DNA of 58,946 bases, filler included, from Sphacelaria rigidula (taxonomy: Eukaryota), in NCBI GenBank assembly GCA_964200075.2. It is 5 parts of 5 records of this genome, joined end to end, with 100 filler letters (N's around TTAATTAATTAA, not from the genome) between each part and the next. Parts side by side here need not be neighbours in the genome. Positions count along the whole stretch, not along the records: positions 1 to 11,711 come from CAXNAA020004605.1; positions 11,812 to 23,521 come from CAXNAA020004606.1; 3 more parts are not named here. The stretch is one strand, 5' to 3'. Below are positions 1-12,654 of the stretch, piece after piece. The translations under genes and the position numbers were made by a program. Every line of letters starts with the position of its first letter. Position 1 is the stretch's first letter. The notes under the pieces are model-generated. The model saw only the letters and a list, made by a program, of their open reading frames with translations, did not search any database and was not told the DNA's origin.

Positions 1-532
1 ACGGGTGGAGCGACTCGAAGCGCTGCACGAAACTAGCAATAGCGAAGTGCATGAATAAAAGGTTCCTTCTTGTCCTCTGGGGACAAAAAAAACAACACTT
101 CGTATAATAGTATGCTCATCCCTTTTGCGCGGAATCGAGGTTCTCCCACCGCGCACAGTACGACCTAGCTCAACCATCATCATGGTTACCGCAAAACAAA
201 CGCAAGCTTGCAAAATACCCCGGTAACTTGCTTGTCTAGCTCACGGAGTGAGTGGTGTAGTTTATAGCGTCATTGCCAACCGACGCCAACCCCATAGGGG
301 GTCCGTCCTTACACAGCCGGCACGGACGACGCCGGGTTTTCGCCGGCCCACGCTGGGGGGGGGGGAGGGGGGGTACCTTCACGGCAACCTTCATCCGTCG
401 GTTTGATTCCCGTCAGATGCGCATGGTTTGACTTTTTCCTCACACGAATCTGATTTCCGTCATTTTTAGGGTAAGGGCGTACATGAATTCTCAAGCAAGA
501 AGATTATGTTTTGCTGAGTTTATTTCGACGAC

Positions 533-697
533 TGTTGACGCGTTGAGGGAGGGGGTGTTGTTCATGATACAATCCGCGAGACCAAAATGCAAGGCGTGTG
601 CCATTCCGGGGAGAGACGGGTAGGTTGATACCTTGAGACCACGGACTCGTCCCGAGGAGGGGAGGGAGCTAAAAGTGACAAGCAAGAAAAAAAAAAA
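533..697 (+). mobile_element. SINE family A, 3' tail region
   Basis: GTTGACGCG...CAATCCGCGAGACCAAAATGCAAGGCGTG...CCACGGACTCGTCCCGAGG...poly-A; similar to 2130-2280 and 56428-56569. Confidence 0.7.
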
Positions 698-963
698 GTG
701 GACGAGAAAGTATATAAATAAGATGAAATATTTTAATGCTCGTTCAATGGTTAATTTTATTTTATTTCCCGCACCCGTGAAAAGTTTGCTTGTTTCGTCT
801 TGTCTAAAATATGTGAAAATAGTTTATACTAACTGCACTGATGGAACTGTGTTGGAGTATCTATCTTTTTCGTTTGGAGTTCCTCTCTCTTTTTTTTCTT
901 CGTTTATTTCGATACTATTTCATTTTTTTCCCCCCCGTCCAAAATGTATATGCAACGTCACAG

Positions 964-1176
964 CCTTCCCTGACCAAGTTCAATTTCACACTGGGCTGGC
1001 TGAAGGAGTGGGCGTGCACGAGACTGTTCGGGTTGGGCACGCAGCTGCCTTGGGACGAGTCGTGGGTCATCGAGAGCCTCAGCGACTCGACTATTTACAT
1101 GTACGTATAGTGCTTCACATGCCCCCCCCCTCCCATCGCCCGTTTCTCGATACACCTACTATGGGTACTGTTATCG

Positions 1177-1219
<43 letters not shown>

Positions 1220-4200
1220 CGTGGTTGTCCTCATGGTTGTCATTTTTGTTTTGAGTCATGTAGACACCGTTGCGACTTGACTAATTACATCTGCGTATGG
1301 TACGTGCCTCCTTACCCTGACAATGCTTGCAACATAGTATTTTGATTTTTTTGCGGTCGCACCTCAACTGATCCGTTAGGGATCCAGCCGTGGTCATTGT
1401 CCATAAGATAGACGTACCCGAGATGAAAAAATAAAATGAAGACACTTGCTGCTCAAGAAAAGTGAAACAAAAAACCCCGGCATAACAGAGGAACAGAGTA
1501 GACTGAGAACAGAAGAAGAAAAAAAAGAAAAAAGAAAACAAAACGAAGGCAAATGAAGTTTTTTTCAAAAACAGCGGACTAGAAATGGCCGGCCTCTGCA
1601 ACATAGCCTCGGTGGAAAAGGTTATTGTATATGTTGATGTGTGTCCCTGACGTACGTTTGTATCTGAATGTACGTATGTTGTTCATGTATGTGACTCATA
1701 TAGCGACTGCGCCTCGGTGGTGTAGTGGTCTGATTGTCGTCGTTATTATGGAGATAACGTGGGTTTGATTCTTGCTATAGATGCGTTGGGCATTTTCTTC
1801 GGAGTATCTGATTTCCGCTTTCGAAAGCAAGTGTACGAGAGATTGATCCTATGATTGGCGCGCGGGAGGGATGTTTGATTCCTCGAAAAGAGGCTCATGG
1901 GTGTGTCAAACGACCCCAAACACTCGCGGTGCGCTTGTATTCGGGTGAAAACGGTGTCAAGCAGTGTTGAAGAGTTTTAGTTACTGTATCGGTAACAGCC
2001 GCGTTCGAGCAACTGTTGCTGCTTTCGTGGAAGAAATGGCCCAAACTACCCCCCTCCCCCCCCCTCTCCTATCTTGGGATAACAGTGAGTGGACAAAAAT
2101 AAGTTGAGAGGGAGATTGTTTGGCGAGAGCTGACGCGGTGCGGGAGTGCTGACCCAATCCGCGAGATCAAAATGCAAGGCGTGTACCGACGGAGAGATGA
2201 GTCGATCTCTTGTAGACCACGGAGTCGTCCCGAGGAAGGGCAGGGGTTCAAAGTGTGACAACAAACAAAGAAAAATGAAGAGACGGGAAACACTCGTTCA
2301 GCGATATATTCATGTATCTTTCGGAAAACGAATGCACCAAGGGTCGGACAAATAAGGAGTCGTCTGGAAATTTCTTGGTTTTAGTGTAGTTGATTCAAAA
2401 AGTACGAAGCAATCCCTAGGCTTTGTTTTCAGCGTTGCAACCCAGGTACACCTAGCCCAGACACGTGGAATGGCGCAAAGGTTGCGTGGATACCCCTCGG
2501 ACCAGCGGTCAACTTTTTTCTCCCTTTTCGGCGATCAGGCCGAAGAAATCGTGGATTTGGTGATTCGTAGTCGTGATGATTCGTTGTAACCGTGGAATGT
2601 ACGCACAGTGCCTGGTGTGTTCCTCTGCGGGGCGCCGTCGACCCTGATGCGTTCCCCCCCGAGAAATGCACGGCCTCGAGGTCGTGTTTTATTTATTTAT
2701 TTATTTATTTTTCAGTCATCTTGTTCTCGTCGCACGGATTTTTTTAATTGAATAGGAGAAAGGGTTGAGTTCTGTCGAGCGCATCTCATCAACCAATGGC
2801 AAGAGTAATCATACATTTTTCTTGTCTGATTATTCGCCGCAGGGCGTATTACACTGTCGCGCATCTTCTCCAAGGGCTAGACAACCTGGATGGCTCAAAG
2901 ACGGGACCTAGCGGGATAGAGGCGAAGGCCATGACGGACAAGGAATGGGACTACGTTTTCCTCAGAGGGCCTTACCCTGAGGGTTCGAAGGTCCCGGAGG
3001 TGAAGCTTGCTGAGATGAGGTGACAATGTAACTGCCGATTTTTTGTCTTTTCCCACCCACTTTATCAAGGTTTGACACGCCGGACAGCTCATGAGCTACC
3101 TGCAATAACTAGTCGAAGATGACTCGCAGATCCCTTGTCCAAGAACACCAGACACGTGACAGCGGGGACAGAGAAGTCAAAGCAGTACCTTTGCGCTAGC
3201 CCACGTGCTCGGCGTCCAGCGCTGTATCGAGCAAATATGAAAAATTAAAAGGCGCTAGCTAGGTCATGATCCGGATCAGTACACGTGTAAGAAGTAATAT
3301 CTGGCTAGCTCATAAAATGTCCGACGACGTGCGCGAAGCTTTACTCGTGATTTCGGATCATTTAGCAACCGTTGACTGTTTCTGGGGAACCGATTGTAGC
3401 TGATGTATCCGTGAGGATGAGTAGTTCTGTGTTGGAATGGAATGGAATGGTAGAATCAATTGTTGTCTCGGAACAATACGTGGTACCTTTAGGAAACACA
3501 TTGTATCTTTTTCGTGTGTGTGGGAATGTTTATTTTCGTCTCCGCTTGGTGGCATCATGTGTGATTTCGGAATAATGATCAAACCTTTTCATTTTTATTA
3601 TTCCAGGAACAATAATAAATTGTGGTGTAGAACATATGCTCCCCAGAACTTCTTGTTTTTCTGCGCGGACTTTCCTTTTGTCTACTTAACCCTTAGACAG
3701 CGAGATAAGGGAAAATTTGTTGAATCGGTGTCATTCTTCACCTGAAAAAAGTATGCGTGATCCAGATGGACCACTCTCGCGATCCAAGGCTTGAGCCTTG
3801 TGTGAGGGGTTTGTATCGAATCGACTTTTGCCGCGAGGACGTGAAACGGCTTTTGCCACAGCGGTCAACAGTCCATGCGTCGCACGCTTTTTGTCTTGTT
3901 TTTTCTCCCATTAGCCCCTTTGCAAAAATCTAGCACCCGTGGTTCCAAAGTCGTGGCACAAAAGACGTATACAATGAATAAACCAAGTGATACGCCCACG
4001 ATCGTGACAAACATGGCACCCGGCAGAAAAAATAAAAATAAGAATGAAGAATAAAATTAAATATAAAATACAAGGTGGTCTTCCCGCTATTACTACTTTT
4101 GATATGTCGCCCTTCGAACCCCTCCCTTACCTTGGTGCGCGTCCGTAGTCTCGGGGGATCAAGCCATCACTCCCCGGTACTAAATCGGGTATAATATCAA

Positions 4201-7200
4201 ACCGATACGTGGTTGAAAACCAGAGTACCCGGAAGAGATGCTGTCGCCCGCTCTGTGAGGTCTGACGTGTGTCGGAGCTAGAACGGTGTAGTGTGTATGA
4301 TACTGAGATTTTTTTTTTATCGTGATCTCGCAACACGTTTTTGCTTCCATGGTGGTGGTGTTTTTTGGCCAACACACCAGGACGGAGTTCGAGTACTGGT
4401 ATCCGATGGACCTTCGCTGTTCGGCGAAGGACCTGATACCGAACCACTTGACGATGGCGCTGTACAACCACGCCAGCATCTGGAAGGACCGTCCGGAGCT
4501 ATGGTGAGGGGTACGGTACGACCGTGGAAAAACACACGGAATCATTTTTCCTTGTAGGGGAGGGGGGCACATGCAAGGCGGGAGACTCCACCGTGTCTTC
4601 ACGCTCATGCCACGCAATTCACCTCGCGTGTGTTCCAGCTTGCGCGGTTTCGAATCGGCCCGGTCCGGTCAGCTGTGGTCCGGTCCGGCGCCGTGCAGTT
4701 TGCCTCAGTTCAGCTCCCTGTACTACCCACTTTGGGCTCAGTTCGTGTTGAATTGATGGCGGCCATTCTGTGTGCGCCCATCGCGTTTAAATTGTGCTGT
4801 GCTGTGTTGTGATTTTGTGTTCTTTGGTTGTTTTCCCCATTTCTGATTTGGAACGCGCGCGCGTACACAAACACACACCCATACATACATGCACACGACG
4901 GAAATACAGGCCGCGCGGCTACTTCACGAACGGGCACGTTCAGGTGGACGCAGAGAAGATGTCCAAGAGCAAGGGAAACTTCCTCATGATGGACGACTGC
5001 GTCAAACGCTTCGGGGCCGACGCCACCAGGTGAATAGTACGTGAACAAATGATGACAGTAACCGTGAACTACTCTCTGCCACCGAAAACTCCCCGTAGAA
5101 GAAAATGCCAGTGTTTTTTCGTTTGAAAGGTGGCGTCCTTATTGTCGGGCAGTATGTGCGGGGACGTTCGCCGGAGATACCGCCTCATGTTCTGTACCTG
5201 CGGTGTCGCTGTGGTTTGATGCTTCTGGGAATGCTTGCCCCGTTCGATTACTCTCGTCGAAGAGGCTTCTGATCTTGCGACGGCAGGCGCATTTACTCCA
5301 GTGGTGGTTGCTTGGCGATTTTCGTTGCTGAAGGGTATGTGATGACGGAAAATAGCACCCCCTACGGTCTACAGCACTCGCCAATTATGGTGATGGCGAT
5401 GGTAGACCGAGGTTTTGGACCTACTCGGTCCGTTCGTATAAATTCCGCGTTTACTGTTGGGGTGCAGTTTTCTTGGATCAAGTGGGCTGATTCGCACCCG
5501 TCAACACTCGGGTGCATTGTTTATATTCGCGAATCTTGTTGGTGGGGTGTCGGCAGGTTTGCGCTGGCAGACGCGGGCGATTCTCTTGAGGATGCTAACT
5601 TCGCCGTGGCTTCTGCCAACCAGGCTATCCTCACGCTCACAATTCAAGCGGTACGTTCAACCCTAGTAGTGGTAGCAACAGCAGTAGTAATAATAGTCGT
5701 CGTGGTCGTATTCGTATTCGTAGTCGTAGTGGTGGTAGTAGCAGCAGTAGTAGTAGTCGTAGTAGTAGAATATTGTAACTATCTCAAGGGAGGAAACCAT
5801 CCCTCCTCCGGTACACTCCTCACATGTTCTTATCGCGGATTAGATCATGACTATCACCACTCCTGCGCCCACAAGTACCGATATTGTTTACTACGTACCG
5901 CGGTGCATTTTCGACCTCAATTTTGTCGGTAATTGCCTTAGTAACTGATCACACGAGAGCTATACTAGTGAGAAAATCGTGGCCAAATCGTGTCCAAAAG
6001 CATGTTTGTTCGAGATTATCGCGGTCGGGGTGTTCTCGGGGCGCTCATTCCCCTTTAGATCAGTACTTGCAACAGAGATTCTTCAGAGAGGAGTTGACTA
6101 TGTTTTTCTTGCGGGAGTGTATTTCCCGAGAGTTGTTCGATGAGCGTTCGACGGCCGGTTTCCAGCCTTCTCAACCTAAGAGTGGTCGAGTACTGTACGT
6201 GCACCGTTCTCGGAGGAACGGGCTGATATCGAGGCCGTGTTTTTGTTGATTTTTTAAGCATGTATATGTTTGCGCTCCCCCGGGGGTACTTGTACCGTAC
6301 ACCTCTTCCCTGTTGTAGGCTATCGGGATAAATTTTCAGTGTTTTGAGTGCTGTATCGTGCAGTGCAGTGCAGTACCTCTGTAATTCGAGTATGTTTGTT
6401 GATCGGAAGGCGTTTCGAAGTAGTCCTTCCGTCAGTTATACTCCAGGGTCTTGCTTCATACTTCAGGGCTTTGCTCTTGTTTTTTTTGTGTGTGTGCTTC
6501 TCCTTTCCCTCTTTCGTTAATCTCGTCTTGTGCAGGACTGGGTGGCAGAGATGCTTGAGGAGGCCGCCGCGGGGAAGCTCAGGGAAACTCCTGAAGGTAT
6601 GTATGTATCACCATACGCTGTACCGTCCTGTCCTGCACGTTGTATAATAGTAACCTTGCTGTCATGTTCCGGGGGATGCCCCATCTATTCATCATGGTAT
6701 GGTTCTGTCTTGTCACTTTGTTTTTAAAAACGTGGTCATTCTACGGGGGTGTTCCTGGTCGTTTCCCCCCTCTCTCGATTTGTTCACCTCGGGTACGTTC
6801 ACCTAGTGACCACGGCTGGATACCTTGAGGATTAGCTGATGGGCGACAATCAATCAACCAATTGAATCAATGTCCTCTGCTGCCCCCCACGGTCCCCGCT
6901 TTGTAGGTTTAGGTTTGCTGGGTCAACGGAAATATAGTAACCGATCCTCAAAAATGGGATCGGATACAAAAATGAGGTTCAAATGGCATGACTAGTTTTC
7001 ACGAATGGTGCGTAACAGTTACGCCGAAAAATCTGTAGCAGTTAAGCAGGTGTGACTAGGTCCACCGAATGAATACGATGTACACGCGTGTCGATGACGA
7101 TATCATCAGAGGAGCAACGGCGGAGAGGAATCTCCTCGCCGGTGTCCTTTGTGTGTCCTCGCTTGGCGATTCCTAATCGCTCGAGAGATTGACATTATGT

Positions 7201-9286
7201 TACCATCACACACCCAAGTTCCCATGTGTCGGCAGGCGGGTTGTTGTATCACAGCCCCGGAAACGAGATCGCGGGATGCCCTGGTTGTCCTCTCCTGTCT
7301 GTGGCGCTGACCACTGCAAAGATTGATTCCTCTCTGTCTCTCTGCTTGGACAGGACGTGCCTCTGTGCGCAGTACGACACGTCGTCGAAAGCAGGGCGAT
7401 GTCCCCGTCAAAGCCACTGTCCACGCACACACATGCGAGCAAGGACGGTTGCGCCGTTTCGCCAAGATGGAATAGTAATCGCAAGCTGGGGGGTGTTACT
7501 GTAATTGTTGATTCCACCCCACGTCTGCAAGACAAGGGACAAGAGTCTGCCACATCCCAGTTGGGGGAATGTAGGAGAGATCAAATATTCGTGTAGACCC
7601 TCTTGGCATGCGGAGTGAAAAAAGACACCACTGGCGGAGACCCAATTGTTGCTGGCGTGACCCATATGGGGGCTGGCGTCCTGTAATATGAGTTTTTTTG
7701 CATACAAACGGTCGCGTGCTCAGCAGGGTGTGTGTGTGTGTGTGTCGGTGTCTGTCGCAACAAATTGTCATGTGAGGCGAGTTATTCTAAGCTGAGGCGA
7801 GAGATGGTTGGGAACAATGGTGTTCCATGACTAACCACCTGTCATTGCATTAGTGACCCACGCCGTTAAGCGCTGACCGTGAAGGTCTTGCCTTGGAGAA
7901 GCTCCCGAGCAAGGAACAGTAGTTGGCAGTATGTCAAGCCCGGATGATTACTGAGATGTCGTTGCTGCATGTACTGCCTGCCTGTAGCAATTCGATGGTT
8001 CAAGCCTTGTAAGGGAGAATGGTTGCCATATTTGAATCATATTCCGTGAAATCAAGAGGGCTCTCGCAAGCTTTAGTCATTTGACCATTGATCACGCATC
8101 CCTTTCGAGACGGAGCACCGTTCCTACTCCTCATAGAAACGCCTCCAGCATTTGAGCGCCCATCACGTTTCTTCCATACAAGACACAAAAACCTTTCACA
8201 TATCTTATATCGCCTTCCTGTTTCGCCGTCTGCGGCCACCATCCATCTCCTAGCATAGCGATTGTGTTCTCGCCATTGTTCAATGTACCGAAATATTTAT
8301 CCAATATCCAGGAAAATGGACGAACCTGCTTTCTCATAACCATTCCGTTTGTTGTCCATCTGTCTGTGGGTCGTGGTGTTCGCCCAAGTTCCTGTCCCCC
8401 CCACCCCGCCCTCCCCCCCGTATTTTTTGTAACTGCTGCTGCTGTAGGGGAGTACTTTTTCATGGACCGTGCGTTCAAAAACGAGATCGACGCTCTGGTC
8501 GACAAGACAGATGATGCGTTTTCCCGCATGATGTGGCGCGAAGGGATGAACTCCGGCTTCCACGTCATGCAGCTACTCCGAGATTTTTACCGGTACGTGA
8601 GTTTTTCTTCTTGTTCTCATTTTGTTTTCACCATCGATTGTTCTCACTGAGTGCGGGAGTGAGGGAGTGCTCTTGCCGGGGGTTTCCTTCCGCGTTCTAT
8701 TTTTCATTCGTTTTGTTCATTTTTTGTTTTGTTTTTATTCGACAGCATTTCGAGAGAGGCCTTCGTGGTCCCTCTCTCATCCATGGCGAGAGTAAGAATC
8801 AAACCGGCGCTCTGTTCAACGACACCGCGTAATTCACGCGTTATACGATCATCTCTTGTAGCAACTTCTGTCCCCCCCTGCCTCTCCCCTCGACTGTAGA
8901 AAATAGTAAGAGAAAAGATGTGCCATCCGTCCATGATGACGATGACGGCATAACGGGCTGAGTATTGCGTGTGGTGTGTCAACGGCAAGCAATGCGGGGT
9001 ACTGTATGCAAAGTGCCACATCATGGAAGCAATAGCCGACGAAGTTGTAGTTGTAAAAAGCTACTCCAGACTCAGTAGTCTGTATTGCATGGGGTGCTGT
9101 CGAAGCGGGAATTTCCGTGGTGTTGATCGAATGGTGCGTTAACATGAGCGATGCACGGCACTACAAATGCAAAAGGAGCAGTTCCGCCGCGCTGAGTACT
9201 GCAGCGCCCGGCTCACAATCTCTGTGTAAAATCCCATTCCATGTTGGCATTCTGAAGTCACAAAAACTCGAGCATTCCATTCGCGG

Positions 9287-9342
<56 letters not shown>

Positions 9343-11406
9343 TGTTGTTGGTGTTGTTGTGGCTGCTGCTGATGCCGCTGTTGTTGTTTTTCACATGCGC
9401 TTTTTTTGTTTCCTCCTCGTGGTGGTCGATTACTGTGCACGCAGAGATTGGTGCGTAAAGACCTCGACGCCGATGCACAAGACTCTGGTGTTGCGCTTCA
9501 TCGAGGTACAGACCATTCTGCTCGCACCGATCTGCCCGCACTACACGGAGTACATTTGGGGGCTTATGGGAAAAGGGGGTAAGTGCGAAAACATGGGGAG
9601 TGAGAACATGACGCGACGATATTTCCTTTTTTTTCTGTGTGTTGCGAGACGGACGCCTCCTCGAGTAAAACAAGAGCCGGCTCTTGCGGCTATCGCGAGC
9701 ATGGTCGTTTTTTTCGTGAGGGGAAAACGATGAGGATATTCGTGTTACTCACCCTCATCTACGCAAGAGTAGTACATGTCCTTGAAATACCGAGAATGTC
9801 GAGGTAGTCACTGTCCCCCCAGTCTCAACGTCTCCGGGAAATCTCCTCCGACCCCTGACTCTGTCCCACTCTTGCTCATCTTTCTGTTCCCACTCAAATC
9901 GTTGTTTTTTAGTCTTGGCTGGGGCCTTGTGTTCCCCTGCCCGTGCTCCCCTGCTTATGATATCAGACATGCAGTCCGAAGTCTGAAACAGAAATTGGTT
10001 CACGTGCTGAGTTTGCGAGATATGGGTGAGGGTTGACCGCGAGTCAGAAAGAGTAAACTGATGATATCGTGATGGAAAAGAACAGCCTCCGCGCCCCGGT
10101 TGTCTCCCATGCTCTCCTGTCCGCGTCCTTCATGGTGCACATCCTGCCCTGCTGCCGCTGAAAATGTTCCGCAATGGCCCTCGTAATTCAATATTCGGAT
10201 ATTCTTCTCATGTGTTTGTGTTGTTGATGTGTGTGTGGTGTTCGTGTGTGAGTGTAGCGTCGGGCAGCGTGTTGAAGGCGAAATGGCCGTCTACGGGGGA
10301 TGTGGACGGGTGGATGTCTCGCTCTTTCCAGTTCCTCAAGAAGACTGTGGGAACGTTCCGGGTCACGGCGAGCAAGGTTGGTCATGTCGTGGCACAATTG
10401 TGCACAAAAGTGTGCAGTGATGGTAGTCACAGTGTGCTTGTAGAGTTCGCGCATCTACAGTGAGGAAGCGTTTACAGTGCGGTGTGAAGCTACTACTGTA
10501 GTGATCCGCACGACTCCGGCAGCGCCGAGTAGCGGGAAGCAAGCCTGCACTGGTGCAACTCGGGTATCAACACCTGCGTTCGTGATTTGGTTCGCTGTGT
10601 CGGGTTCAGCAGCACGTCGCCTGTATCTTGATACTCCACACGCAAGTTCAGCACACACCTTCGATGATATGTCCCGATTGTGCTCCCGGTGCTGACTTTT
10701 TTGTCGTGTTCACACCTTTTCGTACTGCGGATTTCTCTCTTCCCCCCGTCCCCTCTCCGCCCCTGTCTCTATTATAAGTAGAAACGGTGCTCCGTCTCGA
10801 AAGGGATGCGTGGTCAATGGTCAAACGACTAAGGCAAGCAACCAATGAGTACGCCCCCCCCTCCGTCCCCCGCCGATACCAGAAAATGAAGCGACTCGTT
10901 CGACGCTGTGATCTATACACAAGATGATCAGTAGGCTTAGGGCCGAACACTCTTAGCAGGACGCAGGTCACCCTTTATGCGACTCGCCAAGCACATCACG
11001 GCGCTCCACGCTTGGTGGTTAATTGCGAGACTGGTCCGGTGAAGACCCGGCGTACTCCGTCCCGGCTTTGTAGGGATGCGCGATCAAATGGTCACATGAT
11101 TACTATATGGCAGGCAAGATCATGATTACACCTCCCCGCCCCCCTCCTCTCCCACCCGCGCCCAGTGTTTCTTATTCGCATGCCTATTTTTCTTTTTTGT
11201 TTGCTCATATGTATTTTCACCTCTCGTCGCTCTTGCCTGCTTTCGCCTGCTTGTGCGCTCAGAGCAAGACGGCGGTAACGTCCGGGCACATATATGTGGC
11301 GTCTTCGTATCCACAGTGGAAGGTGGATACGCTGGCGCACCTCCGAAGCTGCCTGGAGGCTAACGGGGGAAAGGAGTTCGCCAAGGACGTCATGAAGGGG
11401 CTCAAG
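964..11406 (+). CDS. LARS1: Cytosolic (eukaryote/archaea-type) leucyl-tRNA synthetase, partial: 10 internal exons, about 418 codons; 5' and 3' ends lie outside the contig
   Basis: Exons 964-1100, 2843-3019, 4381-4503, 4910-5029, 5557-5650, 6536-6596, 8448-8592, 9445-9578, 10258-10376, 11263-11406. All have AG/GT boundaries with consistent phases. The spliced protein has LeuRS motifs: [59 protein letters not shown], the class I signature [24 protein letters not shown] and [14 protein letters not shown]. Confidence 0.96.
1172..1220. repeat. (GTCGCT)n microsatellite in a LeuRS intron
   Basis: Direct hexamer run. Confidence 0.9.
1340..1440 (-). mobile_element. Retroposon tail, family C (reverse copy)
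   Basis: Reverse complement reads CTCGGGTACG...GACCACGGCTGGATCCCT..GATCAGTTGA..GCGAC..AATC, matching 6785-6872 and 57060-57130. Confidence 0.6.
1710..2280 (+). mobile_element. tRNA-headed SINE, family A (intronic)
   Basis: Head GCCTCGGTGGTGTAGTGG (Pol III A box) and GGTTTGATTC (B box-like), similar to the head at 56270. Conserved tail CCACGGAGTCGTCCCGAGG and A-rich end. Confidence 0.7.
2430..2712 (+). mobile_element. Possible short retroposon ending in a stem-loop and (TTTA)n tail
   Basis: GCACGGCCTCGAGGTCGTG hairpin directly followed by (TTTA)n. Single copy in the window; 5' boundary uncertain. Confidence 0.35.
4103..4180 (-). mobile_element. SINE family A tail, reverse copy
   Basis: TTCGAACCCCTCCCTT..GTCCGTAGTCTCGGGGGATCAA is the reverse complement of the family A tail. 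Further reverse tails at about 5795-5880, 27420-27505, 42735-42790 and 52015-52170. Confidence 0.6.
6785..6872 (+). mobile_element. Retroposon tail, family C, with (AATC)n end
   Basis: GACCACGGCTGGATACCTTGAGG...GCGACAATCAATCAACC; matches 57060-57130. Confidence 0.6.
9287..9360. repeat. (GTC)n/(GTT)n microsatellite, intronic
   Basis: Long perfect GTC run followed by GTT units. Confidence 0.95.
10792..11135 (+). mobile_element. Dispersed repeat family E (GGGATGCG.GGTCAATGGTC...GAGTACACCCCC), with an internal direct repeat
   Basis: Similar to 32155-32400, 51001-51070, 23622-23695, 35431-35493 and 42812-42840. The motif occurs twice in this copy (about 10802 and 11073). Confidence 0.75.
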
Positions 11407-11623
11407 GTAAATGAGCGGAGTATAATTTTCACTGTTTTGTTGCGTGGTATTTTTTTATCAGTCGTCAAGCCACAAATGATCCCCCCCTCCCCCCCCCCAT
11501 ATCTACTTTTCTCTCACAAAGGAAACGGAGGCGTATTGAACGGATCACTGTATTTCGCCACGTTTTACATATGCATTGCCACGTACGTGTTTGGGCATGC
11601 CTGTGTAAGGGGAGTACAGCAAG

Positions 11624-11654
<31 letters not shown>

Positions 11655-11711
11655 ATGTCTTTTTGTGCGCTGGTGAGCGCGGGGGGGCAGGGGGAGAGGC
11701 GGTAGCTGTGG

Positions 11712-11811
11712 NNNNNNNNNNNNNNNNNNNNNNNNNNNNNNNNNNNNNNNNNNNNTTAATTAATTAANNNNNNNNNNNNNNNNNNNNNNNNNNNNNNNNN
11801 NNNNNNNNNNN
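11712..11811. other. Artificial contig spacer N44-TTAATTAATTAA-N44
   Basis: Identical 100-nt spacer in four places; TTAATTAATTAA gives stops in all six frames. Confidence 0.97.
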
Positions 11812-11912
11812 ACTCAACCATCAGAGGGTTACGAGGTTACCAACTGAGCCACCGGGGCGAGCGGCTACACAAGACTGGTGCCCAGAATAAATGGGACGAC
11901 AACACGCAACAC
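11812..11912. mobile_element. Family B element fragment: reverse tRNA-like head followed by a forward tail
   Basis: GAGGTTACCAACTGAGCCACCGGGGCGA matches 20041-20073; CCAGAATAAATGGGACGACAACAC matches 20332-20356. Confidence 0.75.
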
Positions 11913-12214
11913 AGTTGGAATCACGACCTATCGGATCGGAGTTTTCCTTTTCCACCGTACATTTCCGATAAAAGAGTAATGTGCTAAAACACGCTATTTA
12001 GAAGAGATGGCCTTCTACTGATCACTTAGAAGCGTGTCTTCGCACTTTTTTCCGATCGGAAAAATGGAGGTGGAATCGATTTGAGCGAAAAATTATCATT
12101 TTGATGCAGTCGGATCCGGACGGGTTCTCAAGCTTTTCATCGAAAAAAAGGCAGGTGGATTCTTGGAACGGTACATGGTCACTCGTGTACAGTACAGCCA
12201 GTCTGTACTGTCTG

Positions 12215-12654
12215 CACTGCTTCCAAGCAGGAATATACACGTGACACATTTGAAAAAAACGGGGAAAACGTCACTTTGGGCCAACAAACGCGATGTAGGG
12301 TTTGATTTTCTGGACGGGACAAATGTAACGTAACGTGATGTACCGCGTGAACCTTGAAGCGGTGTCTGTCGGGATTTCCCGTACGTTGAAAAAAACTGTT
12401 TTTGTAATTTTTTCACGTGACAGGTGACACGTTACAAATTAACGAGAAAACGTAAAGTTTTCGTCACGTTTGGAGAGTAAAACGCTATGGGGAGATTCAT
12501 GCGAAGGATCACATGTTACATCACGTTACTTTATACTTGTCCCGTCCAAAAAATAAAACCTTGCGTAGCACTGCCTGGCCCAGAGTTACGTTTTTTCTAA
12601 TGTGTCTCGTGAAAACGTCACGTGTAACGTGTATACCCATGCTTCCAAGCAGTG
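12215..12654. mobile_element. MITE with about 33-bp imperfect TIRs and CACTG...CAGTG termini (possibly CACTA/EnSpm-like)
   Basis: Left end CACTGCTTCCAAGCAGGAATATACACGTGACAC; right end reverse complement CACTGCTTGGAAGCATGGGTATACACGTTACAC. No clear TSD. Confidence 0.55.

Noticed and set aside
633..1280. Long low-complexity ORFs in the ORF track (e.g. 633-1280, 9161-9673, 33399-33979)
   Set aside because: They are explained by microsatellites, repeats or alternative frames over real exons.
11756..11767. TTAATTAATTAA as a biological palindrome or piggyBac target
   Set aside because: It sits between N runs at four identical spacers, so it is an assembly linker.
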